Below the pieces are notes generated by a model, which was given only the letters and a program-made list of their open reading frames with translations, ran no database searches and was not told the DNA's origin. This document shows positions 26,500 to 39,300 of a DNA stretch of 64,000 nucleotides, one piece after another; within the stretch, counting starts at the first letter, position 1; every line of letters begins with the position of its first letter. The DNA is taken from assembly GCA_013239625.1 (NCBI GenBank), contig MU054323.1:13997950-14061949 (forward strand), read 5' to 3'. Source of the stretch: Lama guanicoe. Its lineage: Eukaryota. The translations under genes were made by a program, and so were the position numbers.

Positions 26500-27645
26500 A
26501 TGAAACTTTGAACTCATGTTCTAAAAGGGAGAGATTCCTTTCTTAAACCCTGCCTCCATGCTGTTACTTGGAACATGAATGTGGTTATACCACCACCTGA
26601 ACCAAGAAGGCACCCTAGGAAAGGCAAAGCACCAGGACCCTTAAATGACCACATGTATGTAGCACAGCAATTATACCAAACTGTTGTATGAGAGCATAAA
26701 ATATTTCTGCTTTGTTTATTTATTTATTCATTCATTCATTTACCTTTTAAAATTGTAGTTTAGTTAATTTACATTGTTGTATTAGTTTCTGGTGTACAGT
26801 ATAGTGATTCAGTTTTATATTTTTTTTTTCATTTTTTTTCATTTTAGGGTATTACAAGATACTGAAAGTAGTTCCCTGTAGTATAAATTAGAACCTTGTT
26901 GTTTATCTATTATATAGTTTTGTATCTCCTAATCCGAAACTCCTAATTTACCCTTTCCCCTCTTTCTCTTTTGGTAACCATAAATTTGCTTTCTATGTCT
27001 GTCTCTTTCTCTTTTGTAAATAAGTTCATTTGTATCATTTTTTTAATTTCATATATAAGTGATATCATGATATTTGTCTTTGTCTGACTCACTTCATTAT
27101 GATAATCTCTAGGTCCATCCATATTTCTGCAAATGGCATTATTTCATTCTTTCTTATAGCTGAGTAGTATTCCATTGTGTGTATGTATGTGTATATATAT
27201 ATTATACAAACACACATGTACACAGACCACAACTTCTTTTATCCAGTTATCTGTCGATGGACATTTGTGTTGCTTTCACTTATTGACTGTTGTAAGTAGT
27301 GCAGCTATGTACATTGAAGTGCATGTTATCTTTTCGAATTAGTTTTCTTCAGGTATATACCTAGGAGTGGGATCACTGGGTCATATGGTAACTCTGTTTT
27401 TAGTTTTTTAAGGAATCTCCATAGTGTTTTCCATAGTGACTGCACCAAATTACATTCCCACCAGCAGTGTAGGAGGGATCCCTTTTCTCCACACCCTCTC
27501 CAGCATTTATTGTTTGTGGACTTTTGAATTATGGCCATTCTGACATGTGAGGTGATACCTCATTGCAGTTTGATTTGCATTTCTCTAACTTTCGTATTGT
27601 TTAACTAGTTTTGGGTCTATGTTACATACAGCTGAAGTAATATCG
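26500..27645 (+). mobile_element. MaLR LTR (MLT1-like) remnant, two halves around an L1
   Basis: cttggaacatgaatgtg...caccacctgaacca...tgagagcataaaatatttct, resuming after the L1 as ttttgggtctatgttacatacagctgaa. Confidence 0.5.
26715..27590 (-). mobile_element. 5'-truncated L1 (ORF2 C-terminus + 3' UTR) interrupting an MLT1 LTR
   Basis: ORF 27326-27538 [27 protein letters not shown] is the L1 ORF2 C-terminal Cys-rich region. Typical 3' UTR with a decayed (TTTA/TTCA)n tail. Confidence 0.92.
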
Positions 27646-28624
27646 TAAGTATAATATGCAACCTTTTAAGTCTGATACACTGTCTGCAATTTCCCAAGCG
27701 TCTTTATTTTCTGTGATAATTAAATCTCCCTCCACACCCCCCCCCATTCTTAAACTAAAAGTGAAAACAGGGTGGGTTGGGTAAGACCTGTTCCATATTA
27801 AATAGTTTTTTGAGGAATACTGAAAGGGAAATAGAACTCTAAATTACTGAGGATCTTTCTGGAAAGGTAAAGCTGACAAGAGTAAAAGTAATCAAACTCT
27901 GGGATACGACCATGACTGCTTTGGCTTCTAATGTGATGATTGATATTACAGGATTTGAGTTTATAAAAGGCTCAGAAAAATAATAGCATCATGTGATAAC
28001 ACTGTGTTAATTAGCATTAAGTTGATCCCAGACAAATGAACAGCTGCAGAATTTTTTTTAACATTTTTTTATTGATTTATAATCATTTTCCAATGTTGTG
28101 TCAAATTCCAGTGTAGAGCACAGTTTTTCCGTTATACATGAACATATACACACTCATTGTCACATTTTTTTCTCTGTGAGTTATTATAACATTTTTGTAT
28201 ATTTCCCTGTGCTATACAGTATAATCTTGTTTTATCTATTCTACAATTTTGAAATCCCAGTCTATCCCTTCCCACCCTCCACCCCCTTGGCAACCACAAG
28301 TTTGTATTCTATATCTATGAGTCTATTTTTGTTTTGTATTTATGCTTTTTTTTGTTTTGTTTTGTTTTGTTTAGATTCCACATATGAGCAATCTCATATG
28401 GTATTTTTCTTTCTCTTTCTGGCTTACTTCACTTAGAATGACATTCTCCAGGAGCATCCATGTTGCTGCAAATGGCATTACGTTGTCAGGTTTTCATGGC
28501 TGAGTAGTATTCCGTTGCATAAATATACCACTTCTTCTTTACCCAATCATCTGTTGATGGACATTTAGACTGTTTCCATGTCTTGGCTATTATAAATAGT
28601 GCTGCTGTGAACATTGGGGTGCAG

Positions 28625-29007
28625 NNNNNNNNNNNNNNNNNNNNNNNNNNNNNNNNNNNNNNNNNNNNNNNNNNNNNNNNNNNNNNNNNNNNNNNNNNNN
28701 NNNNNNNNNNNNNNNNNNNNNNNNNNNNNNNNNNNNNNNNNNNNNNNNNNNNNNNNNNNNNNNNNNNNNNNNNNNNNNNNNNNNNNNNNNNNNNNNNNNN
28801 NNNNNNNNNNNNNNNNNNNNNNNNNNNNNNNNNNNNNNNNNNNNNNNNNNNNNNNNNNNNNNNNNNNNNNNNNNNNNNNNNNNNNNNNNNNNNNNNNNNN
28901 NNNNNNNNNNNNNNNNNNNNNNNNNNNNNNNNNNNNNNNNNNNNNNNNNNNNNNNNNNNNNNNNNNNNNNNNNNNNNNNNNNNNNNNNNNNNNNNNNNNN
29001 NNNNNNN
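28625..29007. other. Assembly gap (383 N)
   Basis: Run of N inside the L1. Confidence 1.
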
Positions 29008-29152
29008 TTTCTTTTCTCTTTTTTTTTTTTTAACATTTTTTATTGATTCATAATCATTTTACAGTGTTGTGTCAAATTCCAGTGTTCAGCACAATTTTTC
29101 AGTCATTCATGGACATATACACACTCATTGTCACATTTATTTCTCTGTGATT
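29008..29152 (-). mobile_element. Short 5'-truncated L1 3' end nested in ORF2 of the long L1
   Basis: A T-rich tail is followed by aacattttttattgattcataatc...cattgtcacattt, then host ORF2 sequence resumes at ttattaagtcg. Confidence 0.85.
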
Positions 29153-32100
29153 TATTAAGTCGTATAAGCTGCTTACATATTAAGGGGATCAAGCCTTTGT
29201 TGGTTTCATTTGCAAAAATTTTCTCCCATTCCATAGGTTGTCTTTTTGTTTTACTTATGGCTTCCTTTGCTGTGCAGAAGATTGTAAGTTTCATTAGGTC
29301 TCATTTGTTTATTCTTGCTTTTATTTCTATTGCTTGAGTATACTGTTCTAGGAGAACGTTTTTGAGATGTACATCAAATAATGTTTTACCTATATTTTCT
29401 TCTAGGAGGTTTATTGTATCTTGTCTTATGTTTAAGTCTTTGATCCATTTTGAGTGTATTTTTGTATATGGTGTAAGGGATTGTTCTAGCTTCATTGTTT
29501 TACATGCTGCTGTCCAGTTTTCCCAGCACCATTTGCTGAAGAGACTGTCTATATTCCATTGTATATTCTTGCCTCCTTTGTCGAAGATGAGTTGACCAAA
29601 AGTTTGTGGGTTCATTTCTGGGCTCTCTATTCTGTTCCATTGGTCTGTATGTCTGTTTTGGTACCAATACCATGCTGTCTTGATGACTGTAGCTCTATAG
29701 TATTGTCTGAAGTCTGGGAGAGTTATTCCTCCAGCCTTTCTTTCTTTCTTTTCAGTAATGCTTTAGCAATTCTAGGTCTTTGATGGTTCCATATAAATTT
29801 TATTATGATTTGTTCTAGTTCTGTGAAATATGCTCTGGGTAATGTGAAAGGGATTGCATGAAATCTGTAGATGGCCTTGGGCAGTGTGACCATTTTAACA
29901 ATATTGATTCTTCCAGTCCAAGAGCATGGAATATCTTTCCATTTTTTAAAGTCTTCTTTAATTTCCTTCATCAATGGTTTATAGTTTTCTGTGTATAAGT
30001 CTTTCACCTCCTTGGTTAGATTTATTCCTAGGTATTTTGTTACTTTGGGTGCTATTTTAAAGAGGATTGTTTCTTTACTTTCTTTTTCTATTGATTCCTC
30101 GTTAGTGTAAAGAAATGCAACTGATTTTTGAACATTAATCTTGTAACCTGCTACCTTGCTGAATTCTTCAATCAGCTCTAGTAGTTTTTGTGTGGACCTT
30201 TTAGGGTCTTCTATATATAGTAACATGTCATTAGCATATAATGACACTTTTACCTCTTCTTTTCCAATTTGGATCGCTTTTATTTCTTTCTCTTGCCTGA
30301 TTGCTGTGGCTAGGACTTCCAAGACTATGTTGAATATGAGTGGTGATAGTGGGCATCCTTGTCTTGTCCCAGATTTTAGTGGAAGCTTTTGAATTTTTCA
30401 CTGTTGAGTACTATGCTGGCTGTAAGTTTGTCATAGATAGCTTTTTATTATGTTGAGCTACGTTCCCTCTATACCCACTTTGGTGAGAGTTTTAATCATA
30501 AATGGGTGTTGAATTTTATCAAATGCTTTTTCTGCATCTCTTGAGATGATCATATGGTTTTTGTCCTTTCTCTTGTTGATGTGATGTATTACATTGATTG
30601 AATTGTGTATGTTGAACCGCCCTTGTGTCCCTGGGATGAACCCCACTTAGTCATGATGTGTGATCTTTTTTATGTGTTGTTCGATTCTATTTGCTAGTAT
30701 TTTGGTGAGGATTTTGGCGTCTATGTCCATGAGTGATATTGGCCTATAATTCTCTTTTTTTGTAGTGTCTTTGCTTGGTTTTGGTATCAGGGTGATGGTG
30801 GCTTCATAGAATGAGTTTGGGAGTATTCCCTCCTTTTCAGTCGTCTGGAAGAGTTTGAGAAGGACTGGTATGAGTTCTTCTTTGTATGTTTGGTAGAATT
30901 CCCTGTCCAGTCCTGGACTTTTATTTGTAGGGCGGTTTTTAATTGCTATTTCGATTTCATTTCTAGTGATCCGTTTGTTCAAGTGGTCAGTTTCTTCTTG
31001 ATTCAGTCTTGGTGGACTATGTGTTTCCAGAAACTTGTCCATCTCCTCTAGGTTATACAGTTTGGTTCCATAAAGTTTTTCATAATATCTCGTATGATAT
31101 TCTGTATTTCTATTTTATTTGTTGTAATTTCTCCATTTTCCTTTCTTATTTTGCTAATTTATGCTCTCTTTTTTTTCTTCTTTGTGAGTTTGCCAGAGGT
31201 TTGTCAATTTTACTTACTTTTTCAAAAAAACAGCGTTTGGTTTGATTGGGTTTTTTCCATAGCTTTTTAAATCTCTATTATATTCATTTCCTCCCTTCTG
31301 CTGCCTTTTGGGGTTTTTTGTTCTTCTTTTCCTAGTTCTTTTAGTTGCTGAGTTAAATTGTTTGAGATTGTTCTTTTTTGAGGAAGGCCTGTATCGCTAT
31401 AAACTTCCCTCTTAGCACTGCCTTTGCTGTTTCCCATGAATTTTGTGTGGTTCTGCTTTCATTTTCATTTGTCTTAAGGTATTTTTTAATTTCAGCTTTG
31501 ATTTCCTCATTGACCCATTGGTTTTTTAATAGCATATTGTTTAATCTCCATGCTTTCCTTTTTTTCTCCTTTATTTCTCTGTTGTTGATTTCTCGTTTCA
31601 TGGCATTGTGGTCAGTAAAGATGCTTGAGATAATTTCTATCTTCTTAAAATTGTTGCGGCTTTTTTAGTGCCCAAGTACATGATCAATCCTAGAGAATGT
31701 TCCATGTGCACTTGAAAAGAATGTATATCCTATTTTGGGGGGCTGTAATGCTCTGAAAATATCCACCAAATCTAATTTTTCTATTGTATTATTTAATTTC
31801 TCTGTTGCCTTTTTTATTTTCTGTTTGGAAGATCTGTCTAGTGATGTTAATGCAGTGTTAAAGTCTCCAACTATGAGTGTATTCCCATCAATATCCCCCT
31901 TTATCTCTGTTAGTAATTGTTTTATGTACTTAGGTGCGCCTATATTGGGTGCTATATGCTATTAATGAGTGTGTTATCCTCATCTTGTATTACTCCTTTA
32001 ATCATTATAAAATGTCCTTCTTTATCTCTTTTTATGGCCTTTGTTTTAAAGTCTGTTTTGTCTGAAGTCAGTACTGCAACACCTGCTTTTTTGGCTTTTC

Positions 32101-32694
32101 CATTTACATGGAATATCCTTTTCCATCCTTTCGTTCTTAATCTATATGTGTCCTTCTCCGTAAAGTGGGTCTGTTGTAGGCAGCATATTGGAGGTTCTTG
32201 TTTTATTATCCAGTCTGCCACTCTATGTCTTTTGACTGGAGCATTTAGTCCATTAACATTTACAGTAATTAATGATAGATGTATGTTTATTGCCATTTTG
32301 AACTTATCTTTGCAGTTGATTTGGTATTTCCTCTTTGTTCCTTTCTTCTTGCTTTTGTGGTTTGGTAATTTTTCTTTGTATTATCATGGGTTTTATTTAG
32401 ATTTTGTGACTCCCTTGTACGTTTTTGCTTGTGGTTTTTTGTAAGTCTATTAGCCCATTACTATAACTGTTTTTATTAAACTGATAGTAACATGATCTCA
32501 AACCCATCCTACCGAGAACAAAAAATTAAAAAAGAGAAAAAAAAATATTCTGTATTTTCCTGCCTTCCTCTCACACTCTCAATGATTTAGATATCTTGTT
32601 TTACAATTTTGTGTTTATTTTATTTGTAATTCATGAGTTATCACCTTTCCAGTTGTGAGTTTCTCAATTGTGTAGCATCCTGCTGCTTTTCTTT

Positions 32695-33588
32695 TTAGAG
32701 TATAGACCTGTCAATATTTCTTTTAGGATGAGTTTAGTATTGTTAAACTCTTGTAGTTTTTTCTTTTCTATGAAATTCTTTATGTCTCCTTCTATCCTAA
32801 AGGATAGCCTTGCTGGATAGAGTATCCTAGGCTGCATCTTTTTATCATTCAGGACTTTGAATATATCTTGCCACTCTCTTTTGGCCTGTAGTATTTATGT
32901 AGAGAAATCCGCTGAGAGCCTTATGGGGGTTCTCTTGTAACTCACTCTTTGCTTTTCTCTTGCTGCCTTTAGGATCATTTCTTTATTCTTGACTCTGGCC
33001 ATCTTGATTATGCTATGTCTTGATGTGGGTCTGTTTGGGTTCTTCCTGTTTGGGACCCTCTGAGATTCCTGTACTTGGATATCTGATGCCGTGTTTAAGT
33101 TTGGGAAGTTTTCAGTCATGACTTCTTCCAATATGGTTTCAATCCCCTTTGATCTTTCTTCCACTTCTGGGACCCTTATTATGTGAAGATTGGCATGCGT
33201 TATATTATCCCATAAGTCCCTTATGCTATTTTCATTTGTTTATCTCATAGCTGTTCTGATTGGGTCCTTTCTGTTGTCCTGTCTTCTAGGTCACTTATTC
33301 ATTCCTCTACATTATCTAGTTTGCTTTGCACAGCCTTTAGATCCATTCTCATCTCAGCCAAGAACTTTACAAATTCTACTTGGCTCTACTTTATAGCTTC
33401 CATTTCATTTTTGATATATTTTATATCTCTAAACACTATCTATTTTAGTTCCTTCAGTACTTTGATCACTCCTTTTTTGAAATCTTCATCTAGTAGGCTA
33501 TCGACGTCTATTTCATTGATCATTCTTTCAGAGGATTTCTCTTGTGCTTTTAATTGGGAATGGTTTCTTGCTTCTTCATCTTGTTCAT
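32695..33588 (-). pseudogene. L1 ORF1p (RNA-binding chaperone), disrupted by stops and frameshifts
   Basis: ATG at 33588 (MNKMKKQ...). ORF-track fragment ...ENFPNL...IQVQESQRVP...RPTSRHSIIKM...ILKAAREKQRVSYKRTPIRLSADFS matches L1 ORF1p. Confidence 0.92.
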
Positions 33589-33821
33589 ACCTCTCTGGCA
33601 CTGTGGTTTTTGGAGTATCAGTTATCTATTGTGGTCTTTAAGGAGTTTATTTATTTATCTATCTAATTCCTATGTAAGAATAAAACAAATCTGTAATGTC
33701 TCTGTCTTTTGAAGAGGACAGTGTTCTGTTGGAGTTCTGCAGGTGCTCTGGTTGGTTGAGGGGGTCTGTGGATGTGAGTCTTGGTGTATTTGTGGGAGAG
33801 GGTGAGCTTTGAGTGTCCTTC

Positions 33822-33837
33822 TACTCCGCCATCTTGA
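33822..33837 (-). promoter_or_regulatory. YY1-binding motif of the L1 internal promoter (CAAGATGGCGG)
   Basis: The plus strand reads ccgccatcttg about 10 nt from the L1 5' terminus, the canonical position. Confidence 0.8.
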
Positions 33838-35334
33838 TGATCCCCCCAACAGCTGCAGAAGTTTTAAAAAGATCTCATTCAGGTTTATTTTTATGTATAC
33901 CTTTGTAGCATACCTATTGAGAACATACCTTAATGAAAGTGGGTACAGAACAATAATCGTCTGTCTCTTGCAATTGCTGACTTAGAACCATATGCTTTTT
34001 AAGTACTCACTAGTACATTATAGAATCACCTTCTTATGGTAATGAACCCTTGATATTAAATAATTCTGAAAGCTAAACATAAAGGGGTTGGATACTGAGT
34101 CTTGATGTTAGAATGTTCTTTTTATAAAGTGTATTTAAATGTTTGTGAAATTTAGATTTGAGTTTTTCCCAAATAGTATTTTGACCCCAAGAAAATTATT
34201 AAACACATCATCCCTGACATGCTTTACACTGTTACTACTTCCAGCATATAATGCAGGGAGTAGCAGGTCAAGAGATAAAAGGAGGGGTACAGGAAAGGAA
34301 GGAGGAGGAAATAGGACTATAGTAGGAGAGGGTTAAGGGAGAATAAGAGAAGGAGCAGTTGGAACAGTAAAAGTATTGTAAAAAAATGAAACTATGACTT
34401 CAGCTTCAGCAGAAGTAGGTTCAATTCTATGAAAAGATTTGCAGATAAGTGAACTACACTAGGACGGGAGTTGTGTGCTTTGTGTCTGTAAGTGACTAAA
34501 AGGTTAGCTATGCTATACAAATACAAACTAAATCAACAGAGCTTGAGATCTGACTCTCTGAACTAAACACTTGTTCTAGAAGTTAGACAAATTTCCTTTG
34601 GTCATTTCTGGTGTGTTTTCTTAAAAGTCCTCCATAAACATGATTAAGAGGAAAAGTAGATCATATCCATATTGTTACTCTCTATTTGATAGTGATCATC
34701 CTTTTTCATGATAGGGATTGTCTTTGATGTATTTTATATTAAGTTTCTCCAGATAGCCTTGATATCTTTAGGATAAAATGAAAGACCTTGGTTCATTGAA
34801 GAAGAAAAAAAAAAATCCTGGAGAGTGTATTTGGAGATAATGCTAATGCATTTGGTTGCCGTGGAAACTGAAATGTTAAAATGATGATGAAGTGATTGCC
34901 AAAAAAAAAAAATACAAAACACCAACCCCAAAACCAAAATACTTGCATGTTGTTGTTATGGCAACTACTTATTTTGACAAATACTTTCCCTTTTTCTCTA
35001 AGTTAACCATCTGAAATGCTGCTGTCACAAAATTGCTGCTATGATGTATTTCATCTGAAAGATATCCCATAGTAAGGTCAGACATGTTAGCCTGGAATTA
35101 TCTTACTCTTATGTGAAGTAAGATAACACCTGTGTATGTGTGTCTATGCATTAGTTTTTGCACAAAGAGAGACAGCCCTAGACTGTATATAACTAAAGTG
35201 GATTGTTCCAGGCCAGTGGTTTTGAGGCCTTCCTCAGTCATAGAAGATGAACAGTGATTCAGGGAGATTAATAGCAGGGAGGAAGTAGGTTGCTGTCCCA
35301 ACTGGTGATAGAGAGGAATGGAAGAGAATTAATA

Positions 35335-35570
35335 TTTATTAAGTATTTGAAGTGCTAGGAAGTAGGCTTTTACATTTGTTTTCTCATTTACCTAATAGTT
35401 ATATATTTTGTACTAGTGTAGTAGACTTTATACTAGTATGAACCTTTGAGGTTAGTACCGTTCTTATTTTCAAGTGAGGAGACTGAGCCTCAGAGATGCT
35501 AAATAATTTGCCCAAGGTCATAGGTGAGCAAGTGTGGAGCCAGGAATTGAACCCACATATTTCTATCTTA
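35335..35570 (-). mobile_element. MIR SINE
   Basis: gtgaggagactgagcctcagagatgctaaataatttgcccaaggtcatag...gagccaggaattgaaccca. Confidence 0.75.
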
Positions 35571-35599
35571 AAACCCATCTACTCTTTTGAAAAATGTCT

Positions 35600-36390
35600 G
35601 ATTCCAAGACTGGAGTAGAAGATACACAAGATGAGCCTGGAACATCTTATAGTTCCAAAAAGTAAGATAGTTTAAAAAAAGCAAACACACACATTGAAGA
35701 GGGATGCCAAAAGGACACAAAAGACATAGGAACCAACTGAAAGAGCCTCCAAAGGCTAAGATTTGAACAATGAAATAAAATAGTATTGGATTATATCTCA
35801 AAGCATAGAGTAAATGTTTCTGGATCCATGCTTATATGTATGATTGAATAAATGAATACATGGGGGAGGATAGGCAAATTTCCTACATAGAAGAATTCCA
35901 AAGAATTTATACAGATGCTCCGCAGTCAAGGAGACAGAGCATAACTCTCCGTTCCCAAACTGTGGCCTGTGTGCATACCAACTTCCTTCCAAGGAGTACA
36001 GTATGGAATGGAAAAAAGAGTCACTGTACATTGGAGAAACCTGATAATAAACACTGCCTCAGCCAGATAAACAAGGCTAACAGCAACAGTGATAAGCCAT
36101 GTTGATAGTTTACCCTTGATATGTGTGATTAGAATGAGACTAGACCTCTGCAATCTTTGGTGAATACCAATAAACCACCTGAGTGAAAAAAGACATTAGA
36201 TAAAAGCTAAGGAAAGTTGAATAAAATATGGATAATTATTAATAATGTAATATTAGTCATAATGATAATAGTCGTTAAGACAAATGTACCAATGTATAAT
36301 GTCAGATATTAATATTAGGGGATGGGGTATACAACAATCTCTGTGCTATATTTGTGATTTTTCTGTGAATCTAGAACTATAAATATTAAA
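35600..36390 (+). mobile_element. Ancient L1 3' region (L1MC-like)
   Basis: caaatttcctacatagaagaattccaaa...ggagaaacctga...cctcagccag...acaaatgtacca...aatctagaactat. Confidence 0.75.
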
Positions 36391-39300
36391 TTTTCTACAT
36401 TCATTATAACACAATGTAGGCCTTCCCATTTTTAACTGTTTTCCCTCTTGGCAGTCATCTTACCAGAATTTTACTTGGAAAATTGTAGTTATGCAGTGGA
36501 GAATGTAGTTTATGATTGATCTTCAACCTAACTCTGTATCTCCTAGGGATTTTGCTATATATCACAGGCTTCAAAAACAGAAGAATAGAATGAGGAACAG
36601 TACATAAAGTATAAAATGTTTCTTAGACCTATTTTCTTTTTTTCACTACCTTTGCTATCTGCCAGTGTATGAAATTCCTTTGATGTTGTATTGATACTGA
36701 TGTGTGCCAGTATTACCCTGGATAAATTACAGGTCTGCCACTACTAATTTTTCTCAAAATATTTGCAAATGTTAATGTTTATCATGGCATCCTTAATCTA
36801 TTGCAGAAATCATTCATTTCTACTGGTGATAACTCCTTAAAAAATCTGTATGTAAGCTTAGAATAACTACATTTAATCACTTGAAATGCATACCTTTTAA
36901 CATTCTTATTCTAATCAAGAAAGTTGAACATGAAAAAAAATCTGGTAGGTACAAAGGGACTGTTACTATTGATGCAAGAAAACTATACAGAAATGAGAAA
37001 AATCTTGTTTGGAACAAGGCATGTCTCTTCAAGAATGAAGACAAGCTATGCATAGGTACCTGTAGGACCAGTCGTGTTACCTTCCACACGTGGTAATGAA
37101 ATCATCTATCCTGTAGTACATGGATGTGTTTTCCATATAACATATTAATGGGGCATACTTAACCTGAACTTTTGAAAAGTCTTGGCTTAATATGTTTAGT
37201 GCTGTTTTAGCTGTACAGGATGGGCCACCTATGAAGGCCATGGACAGGCAGAATCCCAACTGATTTCCATTATTTGGGGAGAAAAACAAGAAGCAGTCAA
37301 AAAAAGAATAATAGGGACCCATGTACACAGAGAATTGTGTAATGTTGGGGATATTAACATTCTGTTTTACAGAGTTGTCCTGTTGTAAATTCAACTCCTT
37401 GCTCTCCTTGGTTTCTCTTTTTTATTTTGACAAAATATCGAATAAGTAATGTGCTGTTTCCATTTCTCCTGTAATTCAAATTCTACTCTGAGAAACCCCC
37501 AGTCATGCTGTCTATGGATGGAAGAGTTACAAACAGAAACAATAAAGTGTTGAAAAGGTTTCTGGACATTTCTGAGGTTCTGAGGCTAGAGGATGTGCTA
37601 AGGGTTTGGGTAGGGGCAAGTAAATCCACTCTTTTGAGAAACTGATTTGAAAGAGATCAGAACTAAGTCCTTCACTTGGGGAAGTGTCTACAAGTTAAAA
37701 GTGGGATGAGGACTTCGTGAAGTAAGTAAGGATGGGGCCTGAGAGGTTGGGCGAGAGCGTGGTTAGAGCAAGGGTAGAGTCATCTCGTGGAAGATTACAC
37801 ATCAGCAAAAACAGCTTTGTTTTACTGGATTTCTTTTTTAGATTGATTTTGAATAAAAGCTTTTGCACATTAAAAAAAATGCTTGAAAACCAATGGACTA
37901 GAAAATCTTCTACCTTTCAATTCTAATCTAAGCATTATTACCTCTGAGAAATAAAAAGTAAAAATAAAAACACATGTTGGCTACACCACTATATTACAAA
38001 ATCTAATTTAAATATCTCTTCTTTTATTTGAGTGAATTATGCTGTCTGTTTATAGCCTTATTTCAAAATGCATTGTTTTTTAAAATCCCTTACTGATGAA
38101 TTGGGAACTGTAATTAAATGCATACTAGGAAAACATAATTTTGCAAGTGGAAAAAAATAATTCTCACTAACACAATGTTGAAGTATAGATGGTAATTTTA
38201 TCAACAGCTACTCCCTGCACTCCCAACTATTCAGAAACTTTGGTAGCTTTTACATTTCATTATATCACATTAATATTAAGAAGTATTAAAAGCATAATCT
38301 ATTATGATACTTATGTTTTTGATTTTTCCACTTGATGAAATAGGTCTTGGCTTGTGGAACACAGGCTAATATTGGTCCAGTAATTATCCCAGTTTAATAT
38401 ATCATTACCTCTTTAAATCTTGAATATTTTTTCATAGACAGCAGCATAAGTTAGAAACTATAATCCTGTTGGCATTATCTACATTCCTCTCTAAAAGCCC
38501 TGTGCAATTTCTATTTCTCTCTGGAACCAGTGAAGTGAATAGAAGTAGGAAATCTCACTTAGCTATGAATTGGCATGAGAAGGGTAATAACCATTAGGAT
38601 GCAAACATTTTTGGATTCATGGGACTCTGTTTCTTATTGAAATATGAAATAAGAGCAATTATAATTGTTACGCTGAGTACACTTCTTTATCTGAAGGCCC
38701 CTGCTTCAATTTTACTTGTATTATTTTCAGTTTATTTCATGCAATTATTGCCTAGAATGGGCTAATTAACATTGAAAATAATCATTTCTTAAAAAAATAG
38801 TAGTTCAGTAATAACAATGTATAAACCAGATTGTGTTTTTCAAATTCTGATCATATTTAGCATCATGTGGGAAGCCTTCACAGAGGCTGACCTAAAACCC
38901 TTTTCCAGAGTGTCTGCACTTGGAAAGCGGTACTCCACTCCGTCTTTGAAAAAATGATGCAATTAGATGTTCTAGGATCTTAGTTTTCATAGGTGCTATA
39001 TAGTTTATGCACTGATCTTTTCATGCATGTGCAGCTAGAAAAGCTAAAGCAGCTCTGGCCAAGTTCCAAGAACATTTCAGTACTCTCAGAGCCACTTGGA
39101 AATGGACTTCAGTGATGCAAATGTCAAATTATCTGTGACTAGAACTAAGCAAGATAAATGTACCCTTTAAACAGCAACTAATCACATTGGCCCCCTTTTG
39201 CTTTCTGCTTCATGAAAGGCATATTCTCAAAGGCTGCATAGCTCACAGGTACCTCTGTCTTTGTTTTGTGGGCTACTCTGAGTACCTGCATGTTCTTTAC

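Larger units (their letters stand above)
28420..32296 (-). pseudogene. L1 ORF2p (APE endonuclease + reverse transcriptase), fragmented
   Basis: EN N-terminus MAINIHLSLITVNVNGLNAPVKRHRV at 32296. Also [25 protein letters not shown], an RT catalytic motif reading [16 protein letters not shown] and WCWENW. Multiple stops and frameshifts; the 3' boundary is approximate. Confidence 0.95.
28052..33847 (-). mobile_element. LINE-1, end-to-end (5' UTR, ORF1, spacer, ORF2, 3' UTR, short poly-A), inactivated
   Basis: The sense 5' end GGGGGGATCATCAAGATGGCGG contains the L1 YY1 motif. ORF1 and ORF2 peptides are recognisable, and a T-tract starts at 28052. A direct repeat aacagctgcagaa lies at 28039-28051 and 33848-33860, next to a TTTTT/AAAA endonuclease-type site. 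Confidence 0.97.

Noticed and set aside
28583..29053. Three long ORFs in the ORF track
   Set aside because: Artefacts of translating the N gap.
31917..32444. 175-aa plus-strand ORF and other plus-strand ORFs within the L1
   Set aside because: Antisense frames of L1 ORF2/ORF1 with no independent coding evidence.
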